Part shown: in pieces, positions 1 through 13,760 of the stretch
How positions within the stretch are numbered: position 1 is the stretch's first letter
Layout: each line of letters starts with the position of its first letter
NCBI GenBank assembly: GCA_951406725.2
Contig: OX597817.1
Span: 82,398,001-82,462,000 of the forward strand
Source: Octopus vulgaris
Lineage: Eukaryota
DNA: 64,000 nt
Reading direction: 5' to 3'
Made by a program: the position numbers and the translations under genes
The notes under the pieces: generated by a model
Databases searched by the model: none
Told to the model about the DNA's origin: nothing
The model's input: the letters and a program-made list of their open reading frames with translations, nothing else

Positions 1-327
1 TATATATATATATATATGCATATATGAATATATATATACTCATATAATGAGTGTATTTTTGCGCATGTGTTTTACTTAAACAGATCAATATTCTAGATTT
101 TCCTGAAGATATCTTATTGACATCAGTTCACAAAGTTGTATAAGTGAGCTGCATTGATCGTTTCTAGGGAGAGCTTTAAAAGTTTCTATATAGAAATAAT
201 TGAAGTAGTTTTGACAACAAAGTTTTCTCTCTAAGGTAAAAAGGGTTTTAAGAAAGCTAGGAAATTTCTCCTTTCCATATAAACCAATGAAACAAATAAA
301 ATCTATGCACACGCTTCTGTGTGTGTG

Positions 328-364
<37 letters not shown>

Positions 365-699
365 TTATGCACAACTGTAATCGATGTATACAAATTACTT
401 TAAAAATAACGCCAATGGGGGAAATGGATCAAGAACAGTCGGGTATTATTTCGTTTGAAATTACATGTTACACGTTATGTAATATGTCATACACAGCAGA
501 GTCAAAAGTTCGTCAAAATACTAACATAAAAGCACACGTTCGAATCCGGAGCAAATTATCTGCGGATCCAAACCGCACAATATGTATGTAGAAGCATTAA
601 GCATATAACGCCGATTTCCTGTGAGGTCAGTTTTAAGGGACTGGATTTGAATGCAATAAAATAAGGATTGTCATTTATTCCAATTTTCTATTATCATTG

Positions 700-2030
700 A
701 TTGGGTAAGTCCTTGCACTAAAGAAGATCATCTTCAGTTTATAGCACTCACAACGAGGTCATTCGATAGTCTCCAGTCTCCAGGTCTAATAAACGTCATT
801 AGTATATAATCGTTCCTTTCTCCCTGTAGATTTTTAATTTCTATGCCTCTATCTCTAAGGAGGAGCTAGATAAAATTAGTACACAAGTTAAGGACATAAT
901 CTTCCATGCTATAAAGACTTTACTCTTCAGTGAGAACGCAGAGTGAGTCAAGACTACCGATACAGAGGGTGCTTTCGATGTGAGCATGGAGTCATATGAT
1001 GAAGCAGGCATATGCGATCTCATTGGAATATTCATACTCGACACGTAGGGCAAAACTATTCCTGGTGTATATTTGTATATTTCGCCATGCCCTAGCTTTA
1101 ACCACAAATTCCAATGGACCAGCACAAGATCGGTTTAGGAAGGATATTATCCAAATGATGAAAGCTTTCCGTCTTAGCATAGCTACAGACACCAACCTGA
1201 CGGTTGTCAATTTCCTACATGTATCCTCAGATTTAAATAAGAATATTTACAAACCTTATAGGAAGCCCAACGATAGACTTAGTTATATTAATGTAGGTTC
1301 CCGCCATCCCCCCATAGTGTTTAAAAATTTAGTTAAAAATATTAGCAAGAGAATATTTAGTCTCTCCGCCAATAGGAACATTTTTAATAGTGTTGTCCCA
1401 ATATATAATAAAGCTCTAAAAGATAATGGATTTAGCGAGGAAATAACCTACACACCTGTTACCATTCCAGTAATAAAGAAAAAGAAACATAGGAATAGTA
1501 AAACTATCTGGTTCACACCCCCTTACTCCCCCGAAGTGACCTTTAATATAGGTAAATATTTCCTATCACTAATAGATAGGCATTTTTCAATCAATAATAA
1601 TTACAGAAAGCTCTTCAATAGGCATAACCTAAAAATTAGTTTTAGCTCAACTACTAATTTAAAAAATATAATTGTACACAAAAACAAAAACAACAAAATG
1701 AAACTAGCTCTTCATACAGGGATAAAATTTTGTGCCCGCTAAATGGAGTTTGCATGTCTGAGACCATCATCTATGAAGCCACCGTAGACTCTACAACTAC
1801 TAAGAGCACAGTTTCGACGAAGAAATATGTGGACCTTACACAGGGGAATTTCAAGGCCAGGTGCAACAATCACAATCGAGCTTCAGACAATGGGAAAACA
1901 GAAAAAGAACCAAATTATCCAGTTATATGTGGTCCTTAAAAGAAAAAGGTGTCAACTATAATATCCATTTGAAAATCTTAGCCAAGTATAACCCTTACAC
2001 CAACGGCAGGGGAATGTGCGGTCTTAATAT
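700..2030 (+). mobile_element. Degenerate Penelope-like element, Naiad-type (RT, thumb, linker, GIY-YIG)
   Basis: Frameshifted peptides FDVSMESYDEAGICDLIGIFIL, YKPYRKPNDRLSYINVGSRHPP, IWFTPPYS, CPLNGVC-IIYEATV...KKYVDLT. Confidence 0.8.
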
Positions 2031-2168
2031 ATATATACATTAATTAATTACAGGCGATCTCGTGGCTATTCTTCTGGAATTTCCACAGGGTGTCACAACT
2101 ACATTAGACGGATATATATTTGTGTGTGCGTAGGTGTTCACAAATTTATATAACCATATGCATATATC

Positions 2169-2202
<34 letters not shown>

Positions 2203-2265
2203 TGTATGTATGTATGTATGTATGTATGTATGTATGTATGTATGTATGTATGTATGTATGAATGC

Positions 2266-2298
<33 letters not shown>

Positions 2299-2629
2299 TG
2301 TATGTATGTATGTATGTATGTATCGAAGTATCAATGTTAAGGCGTTTGGGGAACATAACTCACACACACACGAGCAAACTTCGAATTTTTCTATCCAAAA
2401 AGGATTTTCAACACAGTATTTACTTATGTTCCTACACAGAGGTATTATTTATACCTGTATGTAAAGACTTCAAGATATTCCTAAAAAAGAAATTAGTTCA
2501 CGTTCTATCAAAATTTTGTAAAATTATCATGACACCATATATATATATATATATATACATAAACTAACTCTACTTGTATATACATTAAGACAACTTCATA
2601 TTTCACCTTTTGTGTTTTTAAACCATTAG

Positions 2630-2763
2630 ATGTCCAACTTATATTGGATTGCCAGCAGAATGTTCCCTCATGAAAAGAGCAGGAAAATGTTGTGGAGAAG
2701 TAAACTGCGCCTTCAATACCCACTTTGGAAGGTTTAAGGGAGAGGGCAAGAGAGTTGCCATCG
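2630..2763 (+). CDS. Exon A: C-terminal half of a VWC module plus linker (CPTYIGLPAECSLMKRAGKCCGEVNCAFNTHFGRFKGEGKRVAI)
   Basis: ccattag|A TGT acceptor, ATC G|gtaagt donor; phase 2 to 1. Confidence 0.9.
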
Positions 2764-2996
2764 GTAAGTATAAGGCTCTAAAACAAAATAAAGCGACTGA
2801 ATTACGAACTATTGCATATGTTCTACTAAATTACAACAATGTTCGAAAGTATAGATATCTTTCTTTCTTTCTTTCCTCCTCTGCAGGTATAGCCTTCTTC
2901 TCACAAGTAGATTTTCCTTGCAGTTAATCCATAGAATAAAATAATACTTTTAAATACAGATTTACATCTTGTACTAGGTATATTTAGATAACATAT

Positions 2997-3027
<31 letters not shown>

Positions 3028-3030
3028 CAT

Positions 3031-3083
<53 letters not shown>

Positions 3084-3336
3084 TATATATGTATATATAT
3101 ATATATATATAAAAGCACACACGGGCAAGTATGATTGTGTATAGAAGAATATATTACTCCAAGAAATTCCATCTTTGATTATCACATTTTATTTACAATC
3201 TTATAATAATATAATATAATATAATATAATGATAGAATATTAAATGTACATTCTGATTGAATTAGTACTTTCATGCATTAAACTATGCAATCTTCAGGTT
3301 CATGTAGTAGTGGTGACAGTTATGTTTTACTATATA

Positions 3337-3395
<59 letters not shown>

Positions 3396-4683
3396 CTCTC
3401 CCTACCAAAAAAAAAAAACGCAAGAAAAAAACAACGCGAAAACGTGGTGCAGTTCACAGATTAGATCCAGAGATGATCATATAGAAGGCACTTAGTAGTG
3501 CTCAAAATATTCAAGCTTAAATTCCGATGTCTTTACCGGAGATCATTCCACAAGGTAAACAAAGATCATAAGAGGAATCAATTTGAGGCAGTTATGTGAA
3601 TAAATAAATTAGATAAGTCAAGTATATTAAATATATTAAATACAACAAATACAAAATATGTATAGATGTACACATGCAAAACGAGAGAAAGAAAAATGTA
3701 GAAACTTTCAGATGATGAATTGTTAAGTATAAATATATAGATATTTATATTAATAGATCCAATTAAAAGGAGAGAAGTAACAGCTGTTTCTGGGGGCTCA
3801 GCGATCCATAATAATGTTGGTAGATTTAGTTCATCACAATACGCAACCGTATAGTTGCAATTACCATTGGATAAGATGTTCATCCGTCATCAGGGCAGAT
3901 AAGATCTCACATTTTAGATCTTAATGCAAAGAAGTTCAAGGACGGACTAAATCAACCAACACAATTATGGATCGCCGAAGGCGGCGAGATGGCAGTAACG
4001 CTAGCACGCCAGGCGCAAATGCGATAAAATAAGTACTGGTGTCCACTTGTTCGATGTAATCCTTCAAGGCGATACCCGACCATGGGCGCAGTCCAATGAT
4101 TGAAGCAAGTAAACGATAAAAGATATATTATACGTTGTTTATAATTCATGTTTACAACTTCTCCATTATATTTTATAAAATTGAAAAAGTAGTCGATGGT
4201 CAACGTGTGTGCGTGTGTGAGCGTATGTGTGTATAAATATAGGGAGAGAGAGAGAGAGAGCGAGATAAAGCATGATATGTGTATGTATACACAAAGAAAT
4301 TGTGTAAACATACGGAAATGATAAGATAGACGAGTAGAGAACGAAACGACCAAAGCATTACTTAATTAATATGTGCATGTGTTTCGTTTTGTAACCAATT
4401 AAGTAACACTTATTCTTGACAAGCAAAACCTGATTTAATCAAGACAGAGTATTTAGAAGATAAATAACGCGAAACTGCGATTTCTTAAGGAATGAGATAA
4501 TAAGTAATGAATCACCATTTCCCACTTACTATAGTGTGACATTAGGAAATCAGAACTATTAAAACAATAGCCAAACTGGTAAAACAGTGAACGAGATTCC
4601 TTAAAGCTTATAAAGATGACTGTGTGAAACATTAATCACAGTAATCGTTTGTTCAGCGATGAAAATACAGATGCTGTGAGTGA

Positions 4684-4747
<64 letters not shown>

Positions 4748-4894
4748 CACGCACACACATATATACTCACACTCCCATACACCGATGTATATAAGCACTT
4801 GCGTGGCTATGTGATGGTAAGAAGCTCGCTTTCCATCCACATGGTTCCGGGTTTAGTCCCACTGCATGGGCCCTTCAGGAAATGTCCCCATATG

Positions 4895-5183
4895 TACAAG
4901 GTCTGATCAATAAGTATTCGGACTGTTGTCATAGTAACGAAGCTAATGCACGCAGAGTGAAACTGCTTGGCACAGATTGACCTTAGACCCTGCTGTGCAA
5001 TGCACTAAGCTTTAACATTGTAGCTTACTTCCGCTGTTTACAGCAGTGCTTGGAAGGAACGTGTGTAGCGTGTGATCGTTGCATTGATCATGACAGAGAA
5101 AGTTTTCATGGCGATGCATTCCCAAAGGCCTACACAAAGTTGCAGAAAGTGTACGGAGAGGAGTTATATGAACCGCATACAAG
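4895..5183 (+). mobile_element. Mariner-like transposon 5' end, truncated
   Basis: TA plus caaggtctgatcaataagt TIR-like start; MTEKV...KAYTKLQKVYGEE resembles the mariner N-terminal HTH. Confidence 0.55.
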
Positions 5184-5986
5184 TGGTAACAATTCAAAGC
5201 GAATTACTCCTTTGCAATCCCATCAGATAGAGAGAAGAACTTTTTTCCATGAAGTTCCCTTCTCAGTTGTGGTTGAGCTTTTTTCCTTCTATCAAGCCAC
5301 TATTTACGACGTTTAACATTTCTATAGACGTTCCATTTTTCGTTACCAGTCACAAGTCTATCCAAAGAGGATGAAATGTGTTTGCGAGAATGGAGAGAAG
5401 AGCAGATGGGAACTTGGGATTTGCGGTTGCTTTCGGACAATTCATGAGGCACCCATTTTCCAAGTTTAAGAAACTTTCCAAGTTGTTGAAGATGACGATG
5501 AACAGTTACATGATTTGAACTAAGCTTTATTGCCAATTCTTCAACCGATAATGCAGGACTTTCTTCAACTAATGCCTCAAGGAGCTTATGATCAAACTCA
5601 ACTGGACGTCCTGTTCGATCTTCATCTTCAAGGCTGAAATCACCACTTCTGAATTTTGCAAACCATCTTCTGCAAGTTCTTTCATTCAAGCATTCTTTCC
5701 CATAAACTGAGTGTATGTTTCGAGTTGCTTCAGCTGCAGAGTTTCCTTTTTTGTACTCATAAAGCATTATGTGCCTCAAATGCTCTTTGGATACTTCCAT
5801 GTTAGAAAGGGTTTTAATCAAAGAAATTTTAATTCTGTTATTCTGTAAAATAATATTTAATTAGTTTAAATGTACACAAATGCATAAGAATAATATCAAA
5901 TTCCATTAGACATTCTAAAATACTATTAAATTTCATTTAATTCTAAAAAAGATAAAATTGAACTGAACTTATGGGATAACTTGATA
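5184..5986 (-). mobile_element. Mariner transposase relic (5' half)
   Basis: ORF 5300-5821: HIMLYEYKKGNSAAEATRNI, WFAKFRSGDFSLED..RTGRP, WVPHEL, RLVTGNEKW; TIR-like tatcaagttatcccataag. Confidence 0.9.
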
Positions 5987-6045
5987 TATGTTAATATATA
6001 TATATATACATATAATTATTTTAAGCGCCATCTACATTGATATCT

Positions 6046-6646
6046 GGAATTAAAATTTGCATATTAAGTCTTAACAATTCTAGGCAGGTTCAGAGGCAAC
6101 ATTTACTGAGCGCTGTAGAATATGTCTTCGAAGAACAACTCCCTTTTATGATAACATTGTGTTCAACACACTCGCCTCATAGTACCACAGCATTATTCTG
6201 GGGACCAGTATTTCGATGCTATGTCACGTCAGGTAGAAGCAGCCGGAACTTTCTGACTTCCAAAAATGCTGGCGTGTTAATGCTTTTAGTAAACAAATTG
6301 TTTTCTGATTGCTGTTTATATCTACCTACCGATAAAAATGATCGCTATATGCACTGCCTACAGCGAAATCTGAAATGAATGTCGGTGTTTATATCAGCCA
6401 ACTGTTAAAAAAAAATGTTTGCCGAAGCATAAGCAAAGCCAGCGGCTTTCACTAGTTGCTTCTGGGGGAAAAGACACAACACTGCAAAACAACAGTACTT
6501 TAGATTGCCGTGCGCTAATGAGAAGAGTGTGTTGAACATACAGTTTTTGTAAAAGGACTTGTCTCTGAAGACATAATACTGCAGCGCTCAGGAGATTTTG
6601 CGTCTGAACCTGCTAGAGGTGTTAACAATAAATATGCAAATATTCC
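6046..6646. mobile_element. Old MITE-like element with ~135-bp diverged terminal inverted repeats
   Basis: 6046-6180 is the imperfect reverse complement of 6517-6646 (ctgagcgctgtagaatatgtcttc / gaagacataatactgcagcgctcag). Confidence 0.65.
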
Positions 6647-6783
6647 TTGATTATACATGTGTGTGTCTGTGCTCGCGCCTGTGTGTGTATGTACATGTAT
6701 GGGTATATGCATGCATGTACTTGTGCGTGTGAATATATATATACTTACATACATACACATATATATAATATATTATGTATATG

Positions 6784-6883
<100 letters not shown>

Positions 6884-7129
6884 AATCTTTAAATATATAG
6901 TAGAGATAGTAATTGTGTATATGACAATATTCTATGGAATGTATTATATGACAATATTTGAACCATTTACGCTGAAAATCATATTGCATTTGAAACTATA
7001 TGTTTCGATATCGATTTTCTAATAAATATTTTTCAATGTATTGATCGATGGTCTTAAAACCCAATTTATATTGATATATTCTGCTATTTAATTCAATCTG
7101 TTTTCATTATTTATGATTTTTCTTTCCAG

Positions 7130-7258
7130 AGTATCCACCTACAACAGGACCTTGCATTGATAAACTTGACTGTAGTACTCTCGGTTCTGGAATCTGCACA
7201 CAACCCGAGTTAAAAGCCTGGGCTGCATTAAATTGTCCTAAAACGTGCGGCACTTGTT
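7130..7258 (+). CDS. Exon B: ShK-like domain (YPPTTGPCIDKLDCSTLGSGICTQPELKAWAALNCPKTCGTC)
   Basis: tttccag| acceptor, |gtaagt donor; 6 Cys with C-x-D start and CPKTCGxC end typical of ShKT; phase 1-1. Confidence 0.9.
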
Positions 7259-7399
7259 GTAAGTAAAATTACTTTGTATGTATGAATGTATGTACGTATT
7301 TATGCATGTATTTATGTATGAATGTATGTACGTACGTATGTATACATTTACAATATGTCAATTCTATTTCTCTATTTACTTTAATACATATATATATAC

Positions 7400-7682
7400 G
7401 TCGGTTACGACGACGAGTGTCCCAGCTAATACGTTCAACGGAACAATTTGCTTGTGAAATTAACGTGCAAGCGGTTCAGCACTCTACTGACACATATACA
7501 CTTAACGTTGTTCTCAGGGAGGTTCAGCGTGACCCAGAGTGTGACAAGACTGGCCCTTTGAAATACAGGTACTACTCATTTTTGCCAGCTGAGTGAAATA
7601 ATGTGTCTTGCATCGCCGGGAATTGAACTCACGACCATACGATCGTGAGCCGAATGCCCTAACCACTAAGCCACGCGCCTTC
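7400..7682 (-). mobile_element. tRNA-derived SINE (family D); related pieces near 37395-37545 and 37700-37850
   Basis: A box tggcttagtgg and B box gagttcaattcc on the minus strand. Confidence 0.7.
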
Positions 7683-7910
7683 GTATATATATTCCAATGC
7701 AATTTGCGTTTTAGTAGAGCGACAAATAACCAATATTTAGACCATGTGTATTCCTCTTCGTGTTATTGTATTCCTATCTTTTATCTTGAATCCTGGGTTT
7801 AGTTGTTTCACAGATTACATGTAAAAAATAAATAAAAACATGAAAGACTGTTTACACATACATAGATACACACACATACACCCATACAAACATATATATA
7901 TATATATATA

Positions 7911-8220
7911 TCACCGTGATCACCGTGACCGACCAGGCTATCAGATGTTGCTACACATCGCTGGTCACAATGCGCTTTGCATTGTTTTAGCCTTCAAGTG
8001 ACGCCATCCCGCTGGCTAAGCGAGTAGGCCAACAGAAGAAAGAGTGAGAGAAAGTTGTGGCGAAAGAGTACAGCAGGGGTCGCCACCACCCCCTGCCGGA
8101 GCCTCGTGGAGCTTTAGGTGTTTTCGCTCAATAAACACTCACAACGCCTGATCTGGGAATCGAATTCGCGATCCTACAACCGCGAATCCGCTGCCCTAAC
8201 CACTGGGCCATTGCGCCTCC
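7911..8220 (-). mobile_element. tRNA(Arg)-like-headed SINE (family B, tail type 1)
   Basis: Head ggaggcgcaatggcccagtggttagggcagcgg; near-identical to 63584-63878. Confidence 0.85.
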
Positions 8221-8252
8221 ACACACACACACACACACACATACACACACAC

Positions 8253-8286
<34 letters not shown>

Positions 8287-9714
8287 ATGTGTACGTATGT
8301 ACGTATGTATTATGACTAATCAGTAGAGTAAATTAAAATCTATTAGAGCTTAAGGGAATATTAGTTTCAAATTGTGGCCCAAGGTCAGCACGTTCAGAGG
8401 AGTGAGTATGTCGATCACGTCGAACCAGCTCTCAGCTGGAACTTATTTACCTATCCCAAAAGGATGGAATGCAAAGTCGACTTCGGTGGAATTTGAACTC
8501 AGAACCTAAATACGGACGAAACACTGGGTCGATGTAATCGATGTACCCTAAGCTCAGAAACTACTGGCCTTGTTACACAATTTGAAACAAACATTGCATT
8601 GTAAATCGCATAACGTAATTTTTTTAATGATAATTTAAATCTGTCTTTTATTAGATATTATATAAATGTAATTTCAATCGGCTGTATATATATGATTACT
8701 TTTGCTTACAGTTATGGAATTCCAATTATCGGTCTTCTTAGACTTTTTGTCTTTTTTATTTCCCTTTTTAAAATAATGTCGATGCGAGACGTTAAACGTA
8801 GTGAGTTAAAAAAATAATTTAAAGACTTATGTAATATTAACTAGATTAATTAAATAAGCTAAAACTTGTGAGTTAAATATTAATAAGAGCATTAAAATAT
8901 TAAAAATCAGGGATTAAATCACGTTTAAATCACTATAGAAACAGAGTAACACATAATGGATATTATTTTAATATGTTTTCTAATTTAGGCACAAAGCTTG
9001 CGATTTTGAGGGGAGAGATTAAGTCGATACGATTGACTCGTTCTTTATTGTATCGACTCTGGACAGATTAAAGGCGAAGGTGACGACGGCAGGAATTAAG
9101 CTCAACGTAAATTGCCGGAAGAAATAGCACAAGGCATTTATTTCTTCTGATGCTCTAATGACTCTGCCCGCTCGCAGCCATTATCTAATATTTATTATAT
9201 TAATTTGAAAATGGAATTCGGTTCCAGTGAGGATTTTTAAAACAAGATCATAGGTAAAAGAACACTGTATTATATTAAGCCAGAACAAAAGGGACAAAAC
9301 CAAATACCATTTCTGATGACATTCTTACGCCTCTGCTCCTATTACCGTCTGCATCCAATGTATCATTTATGATATAAACCATTTCCCTGTCTTAAGACAT
9401 TAAATATATATAAATAGAAAGGATCCTTTCGGTTTGAACAGCAGTTTTTAACATAATTTCTAGGTAACTAAAAAATTTTTAACTTCGTATACTGGTAGAA
9501 TGTGTTTATAAAACATATTTTTCTCTTGGCTTTATTGAGAAAATTCTATAGTTTGTAAGATATTTGTTGTTTTTTTTTCTTCAATTTCTGCAATTTCAAC
9601 CAATCACTGACGTCCATTTAGGTAAACAACATTCTGTGCCGTATGAATATGTCCCTCGTTTAAGAAACAGATTGGGTTAATTTACAATAGAAATTCCAAT
9701 AAGGAAAATATCAA

Positions 9715-9990
9715 AGGAAAATAGTGTTATATTATTAGTGTTATTGTACTAGTGTCATTCCATTAGTTTTATAAAAGGGAATTAATGTTGTAGTATCAGT
9801 GTTATAAAAGGAAATTTATGTTATAGCATTAGTAGTATTAGTGTTGTAAAGGGAAATTAGTTTTATTGTGTTAACATTATCGACAGAAATTAGCGTTAGG
9901 TTATTAGTGCTACAGCATTAGTGTTGTAAAATGAAATTAGTGTTATATTATAATAGAGGTGTTCGGTAAGGAAATTAGTGCCTTAGTATG
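9715..9990. repeat. Degenerate minisatellite
   Basis: Recurrent gtgtt(a/g)taaaa(g)ggaaattag / tagcattagtg units. Confidence 0.6.
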
Positions 9991-10067
9991 AGTTATATAA
10001 AAGTAAGATATATACTATACATGAAAATTAAATCCTAATAGCTTCTTTTAACAATTTTCTTTGGCAG

Positions 10068-10091
10068 CGACTGCAATGACACCATTGAAAG
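10068..10091 (+). CDS. Exon C: 24-nt microexon (STAMTPLK linker)
   Basis: ttttctttggcag| acceptor, AAAG|gtaagt donor; phase 1-1; restores the Gly (G|GT) that precedes every other VWC module. Confidence 0.75.
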
Positions 10092-11323
10092 GTAAGTCAG
10101 TTTTTATTAATTATATCTTCCTGTCATTACATTGCTTGGTGTCTGTTTTTAATTTGCTACGAGACTCAACTACCTCGGACTTTAAATTATTTATCCTCCA
10201 CGCTCTTCTTCTTCTTCTTCTTCTTCTTCTTCTTCTTCTTCTTCTTCTTCTTCTTCTTCTTCTTCTGCTTCTTCTTCTTCTTTTTTCTCCGTTCTTTTCT
10301 GTCTTCATTCACTTTTCTTCGTTCTTTCTTCGTCTTTTTCTTTATCGTCTTCCTTCTTTTGCCTTTTCCTTGTTTTACTTATCTGTTGTTGTTGTTGTTG
10401 TTGCAGTGATGGTAACGTTGTTTTTCTTCTACTTGTTTTTGTTTCTTGTTTTTGTTGTTGCTGTTGTTGTTCTTGGGGTTGTTGAGACTTCCCACTGCTA
10501 GTTTTATCATAGCCAATAAGTGAGTTTTGATAATTACCCTTATCACCTACTTTAGGACATAGCCTCACAAGTATGTACAGGAGCGGCATTAGTACTATGC
10601 TTGGCATGTCATCAATACTCAAAGTATGACTTACTTCAGCTTATTATTTTATAGTATTATTTGGCATACAGTTGGGCGCCAAGAATTTGCGTGCCCTTTT
10701 GTCATGCCCCCAAATTTTTTTCCTAATTTTGGCTCAAGGCCAGCAAATTTAGGGGAAGGGATAAGACAATTACATCGACTCCGGTACTCAAGTGGTACTT
10801 ATTTCATTGACCCCAAAATTATAAAAGACAAAGTTGATATTGGCGGAATTTGAACTCAGAATAAAAAGAACCAGAAGAAATGCTGCCAAGGCTCTTGTCC
10901 TACGCGGTAACGATTCTGTCAGCCTCCCCCGCTCATTTATACTATAGGCACAAAACCGGGGACGGGGTAGTCGATTACATCGACTCCAGTGTTCAAATGG
11001 TTCTTATTTTATCGCCGCCGAAAGAATGAAAGGAAAAGTTGACTTCTGCAGCATTTCAACTCTGAACGTAAAGCCAGAATATATGTCACTAAGATTCCGC
11101 TGGCTCGCCGCCATAACACCTCCACGCGATAATAGTAGTAAAGGAACAAAAGGAAAGATAAGCAAGAACGATAATAACAATCTAGATAAAGAGACGGAGG
11201 TAAGAAAATTGGACCACACACCGACTTACAAATACTTAGAACACAATGAAATAAACAATGTAAAACACATACACGCATACACACAAATGAAAGAAAATGT
11301 TTGTAAATAACATTACGGACACA

Positions 11324-11909
11324 TAAAGACGGCGAGCAGGCAGAATCGCTAGCACGCCGGGCGAAATGCTCAGTGGTATTTCGTATGCCGTTACGTTCTG
11401 AGTTCAAATTCCGCCGAGGTCGACTTTGCCTTTCATCCTTTCGGGGTCGATAAATTTAGTAACAGTTATGCACTGGGATCGATGTAATCGACTTAATCCG
11501 TTTTTCTGTCCTTGTTTGTCCTCTCTGTGTTTAGCCCCTTGTGGGTAGTAAAGAAATAGGTATTTTGTCTGCCGTTACGTTCTGAGTTCAAATTCCGCCG
11601 AGGTCGACTTTGCTTTTCATCCTTTCGGGGTAGATTAAATAAGTACCAGTTACGCACTGGTGTCGATATAATCGACTTATTCCGTTTATCTGTCCTTGTC
11701 TGTCCTCTCTGTGTTTAACCCCTTGTGGGTAGGAAAGAAATAAGTATTTCGTCGGCCGCTATGTTCTTTTTCAAATTCTGTCGAGGTCGACTTTACTTTT
11801 CATTCTTTTGGCGATCGATAAATTAAGTACCAGTTGCGTACTGGGGTCGATGTAATCGACTGGCCCCTATCGCCCAAAATTTCAGGGTGTGCTTAGAGTA
11901 GAAAAGAAT
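11324..11909 (+). mobile_element. Trimeric SINE (family A, Nin-like central domain) with 12-bp TSD
   Basis: Three tandem gaggtcgacttt..tttcat.cttt.gg units; attacggacaca at 11312-11323 and 11910-11921. Confidence 0.85.
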
Positions 11910-12049
11910 ATTACGGACACACACGGTGAATACGTGATATCACCATGATAATTTATGAGATTATATAATCTAGCATTTGTTACAATTTAAGAGGATTTTA
12001 ATTTAGTGCAGTTCATCTATTGATTGATGGGTGACGTGACCGTTTCCCT

Positions 12050-12620
12050 GATATTTATACCAATGATACCACTGGTTTATGTTGCTCATTGAAGGATGTT
12101 TTAGAGGGACAGTACAAAGTCATGCGAGGTGTCTGAGGTTCATTTAGATAGCGCTTGTATATGATAGGTTGAGAATCAATAAAAAATGGTAATTATCTGT
12201 GTAGGACTATTTGTTGTGGAAGTAGCAATAAGTAGGTCCCTTATGCACAGAGAGACGAGTAACGAAAACAGCCCAATCTTGGAATGCTCGAGAACTGATA
12301 CTGAGAGGTATGAAAAATATCCCATTCCCACACACTACAATTGTGTGATTCGACCAAGAATATTCTCCTCCGAGAAATGAAAGAGATGGAGAGGTTAGAA
12401 AAGAGAGATAGGATTTTAAAGAAGGGAAGCTCGGTGGTGCTCATGACGACACCGCTAAAAGTTATGCATTTATCAGGATCAGCAACAATACTTTCACAGG
12501 TCTGAAAAGACAAACATCTAGAGACAATAGCAATAAAAGAATTAGGAGCTATTGTGGTTGAATTGGAGTAGTGTAGATAATGAAGGTGCAGATTAAAATA
12601 ACGGGGTGTAATGACATTCA
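12050..12620 (-). mobile_element. Highly decayed CR1/L2-like RT fragment
   Basis: Remnants resembling the KAFD, GVPQGS and YADD regions across frameshifts. Confidence 0.4.
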
Positions 12621-13329
12621 TAAGGATACTAAGGATGGCTATAATAATGATAATATCTATAACAAAGATTATGTATATAACAATGATAATATCGATATCA
12701 AAGTCGATAATTTTAGTAACAAATACAATTACGAAGATGATAGAATAACTGGGTCCAAAATTACTAACTTCCAGTAAGTGGCTGGTATTTTAACGACTTC
12801 TGTGGCATGAAGGTGGATGGGAATCCTTGGTGAAATCTGGAATTAGAAAATAATTAAATACAAGAAAACACGTCCCTCTATCGATTTTCCCTTCATTACC
12901 TTAAACGATAAAATAATAATAAGAAGCTAATGTTGATCAGAAATTGATTACAATGATGGTGATGATGCAGCTGCTGTAATTATGATGATGAAGATCATGA
13001 CGACCATAATGATAATTCTCTCTATGATAATACTAGTCTTTGTCAGTTAAAGAAAAATAAGAATTTGAAAAGTTAAATAATTAGAAATTAGAGAACAAGT
13101 TTAACTCAATGAAGACTGAAATACAAAGACAAATACTAATGCTAATAATACTACCACTGATAATATCATTCGAAGGGAAGAAAATTAATTAAGAAAGCTA
13201 ATATCATGCTAATTAGATCAAACTCAGACTTACAAATAACGAAGAGTCAATGTTCTAGACAATATAAAACACGTGCACACAAGCACACAAACACACACAT
13301 TGATAATACACACACACATAGACATAACA

Positions 13330-13760
13330 ACCAAACAAATAAAAAGAAAATATTAGGAAAGAATTTTTACAGAAGAATTAGATTCGTGCTCTAAAAAAGA
13401 TTTGAGTTCGGAAAATAGGTATCAAAAACCTAATTAATTCTTTGGACAAGTAAATATAAATAAAAGTTAGTAGGCATCTATACTTTAACTATTGCAATAA
13501 GTTAGAGTTTAATGTTCTTAATTGGAAGATAAATGAATTGCCAAAACTAGACACAAAAAACAAAAGGAATATAATGTTTGTGCTTAAAACACACCACCGA
13601 TAAACTAATATGGAAAGAGCACTACCAACAGAGGAAGGTAGGAGCTTAGTGCAATTAGAAAACTATTATAAAATGTCTACGGTAGTGCAATGAAAATATT
13701 AAGATTGACAGAGAGCTTACGTAAATATCTACAAAACACGAATAAAGCAAAAACTAAGTA
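13330..13760 (+). mobile_element. R4/Dong-like LINE fragment (post-RT region)
   Basis: Remnants VLNWKINELPKLDTK...HH...ERALPTEEGRSLVQLE match the R4-clade W..ELxxLD..HP..RL.LP..GGRGL pattern. Confidence 0.55.

Noticed and set aside
3775-3895. Minus-strand CTGATGA and GAAACAGCTGT motifs
   Set aside because: Could not be folded into one coherent hammerhead; at best a decayed pLTR remnant.
5300-5821. Mariner ORF as a domesticated SETMAR-like gene
   Set aside because: First catalytic D is mutated (TGNEKW), the ORF stops early, the C-terminus is missing and no SET exons are seen.
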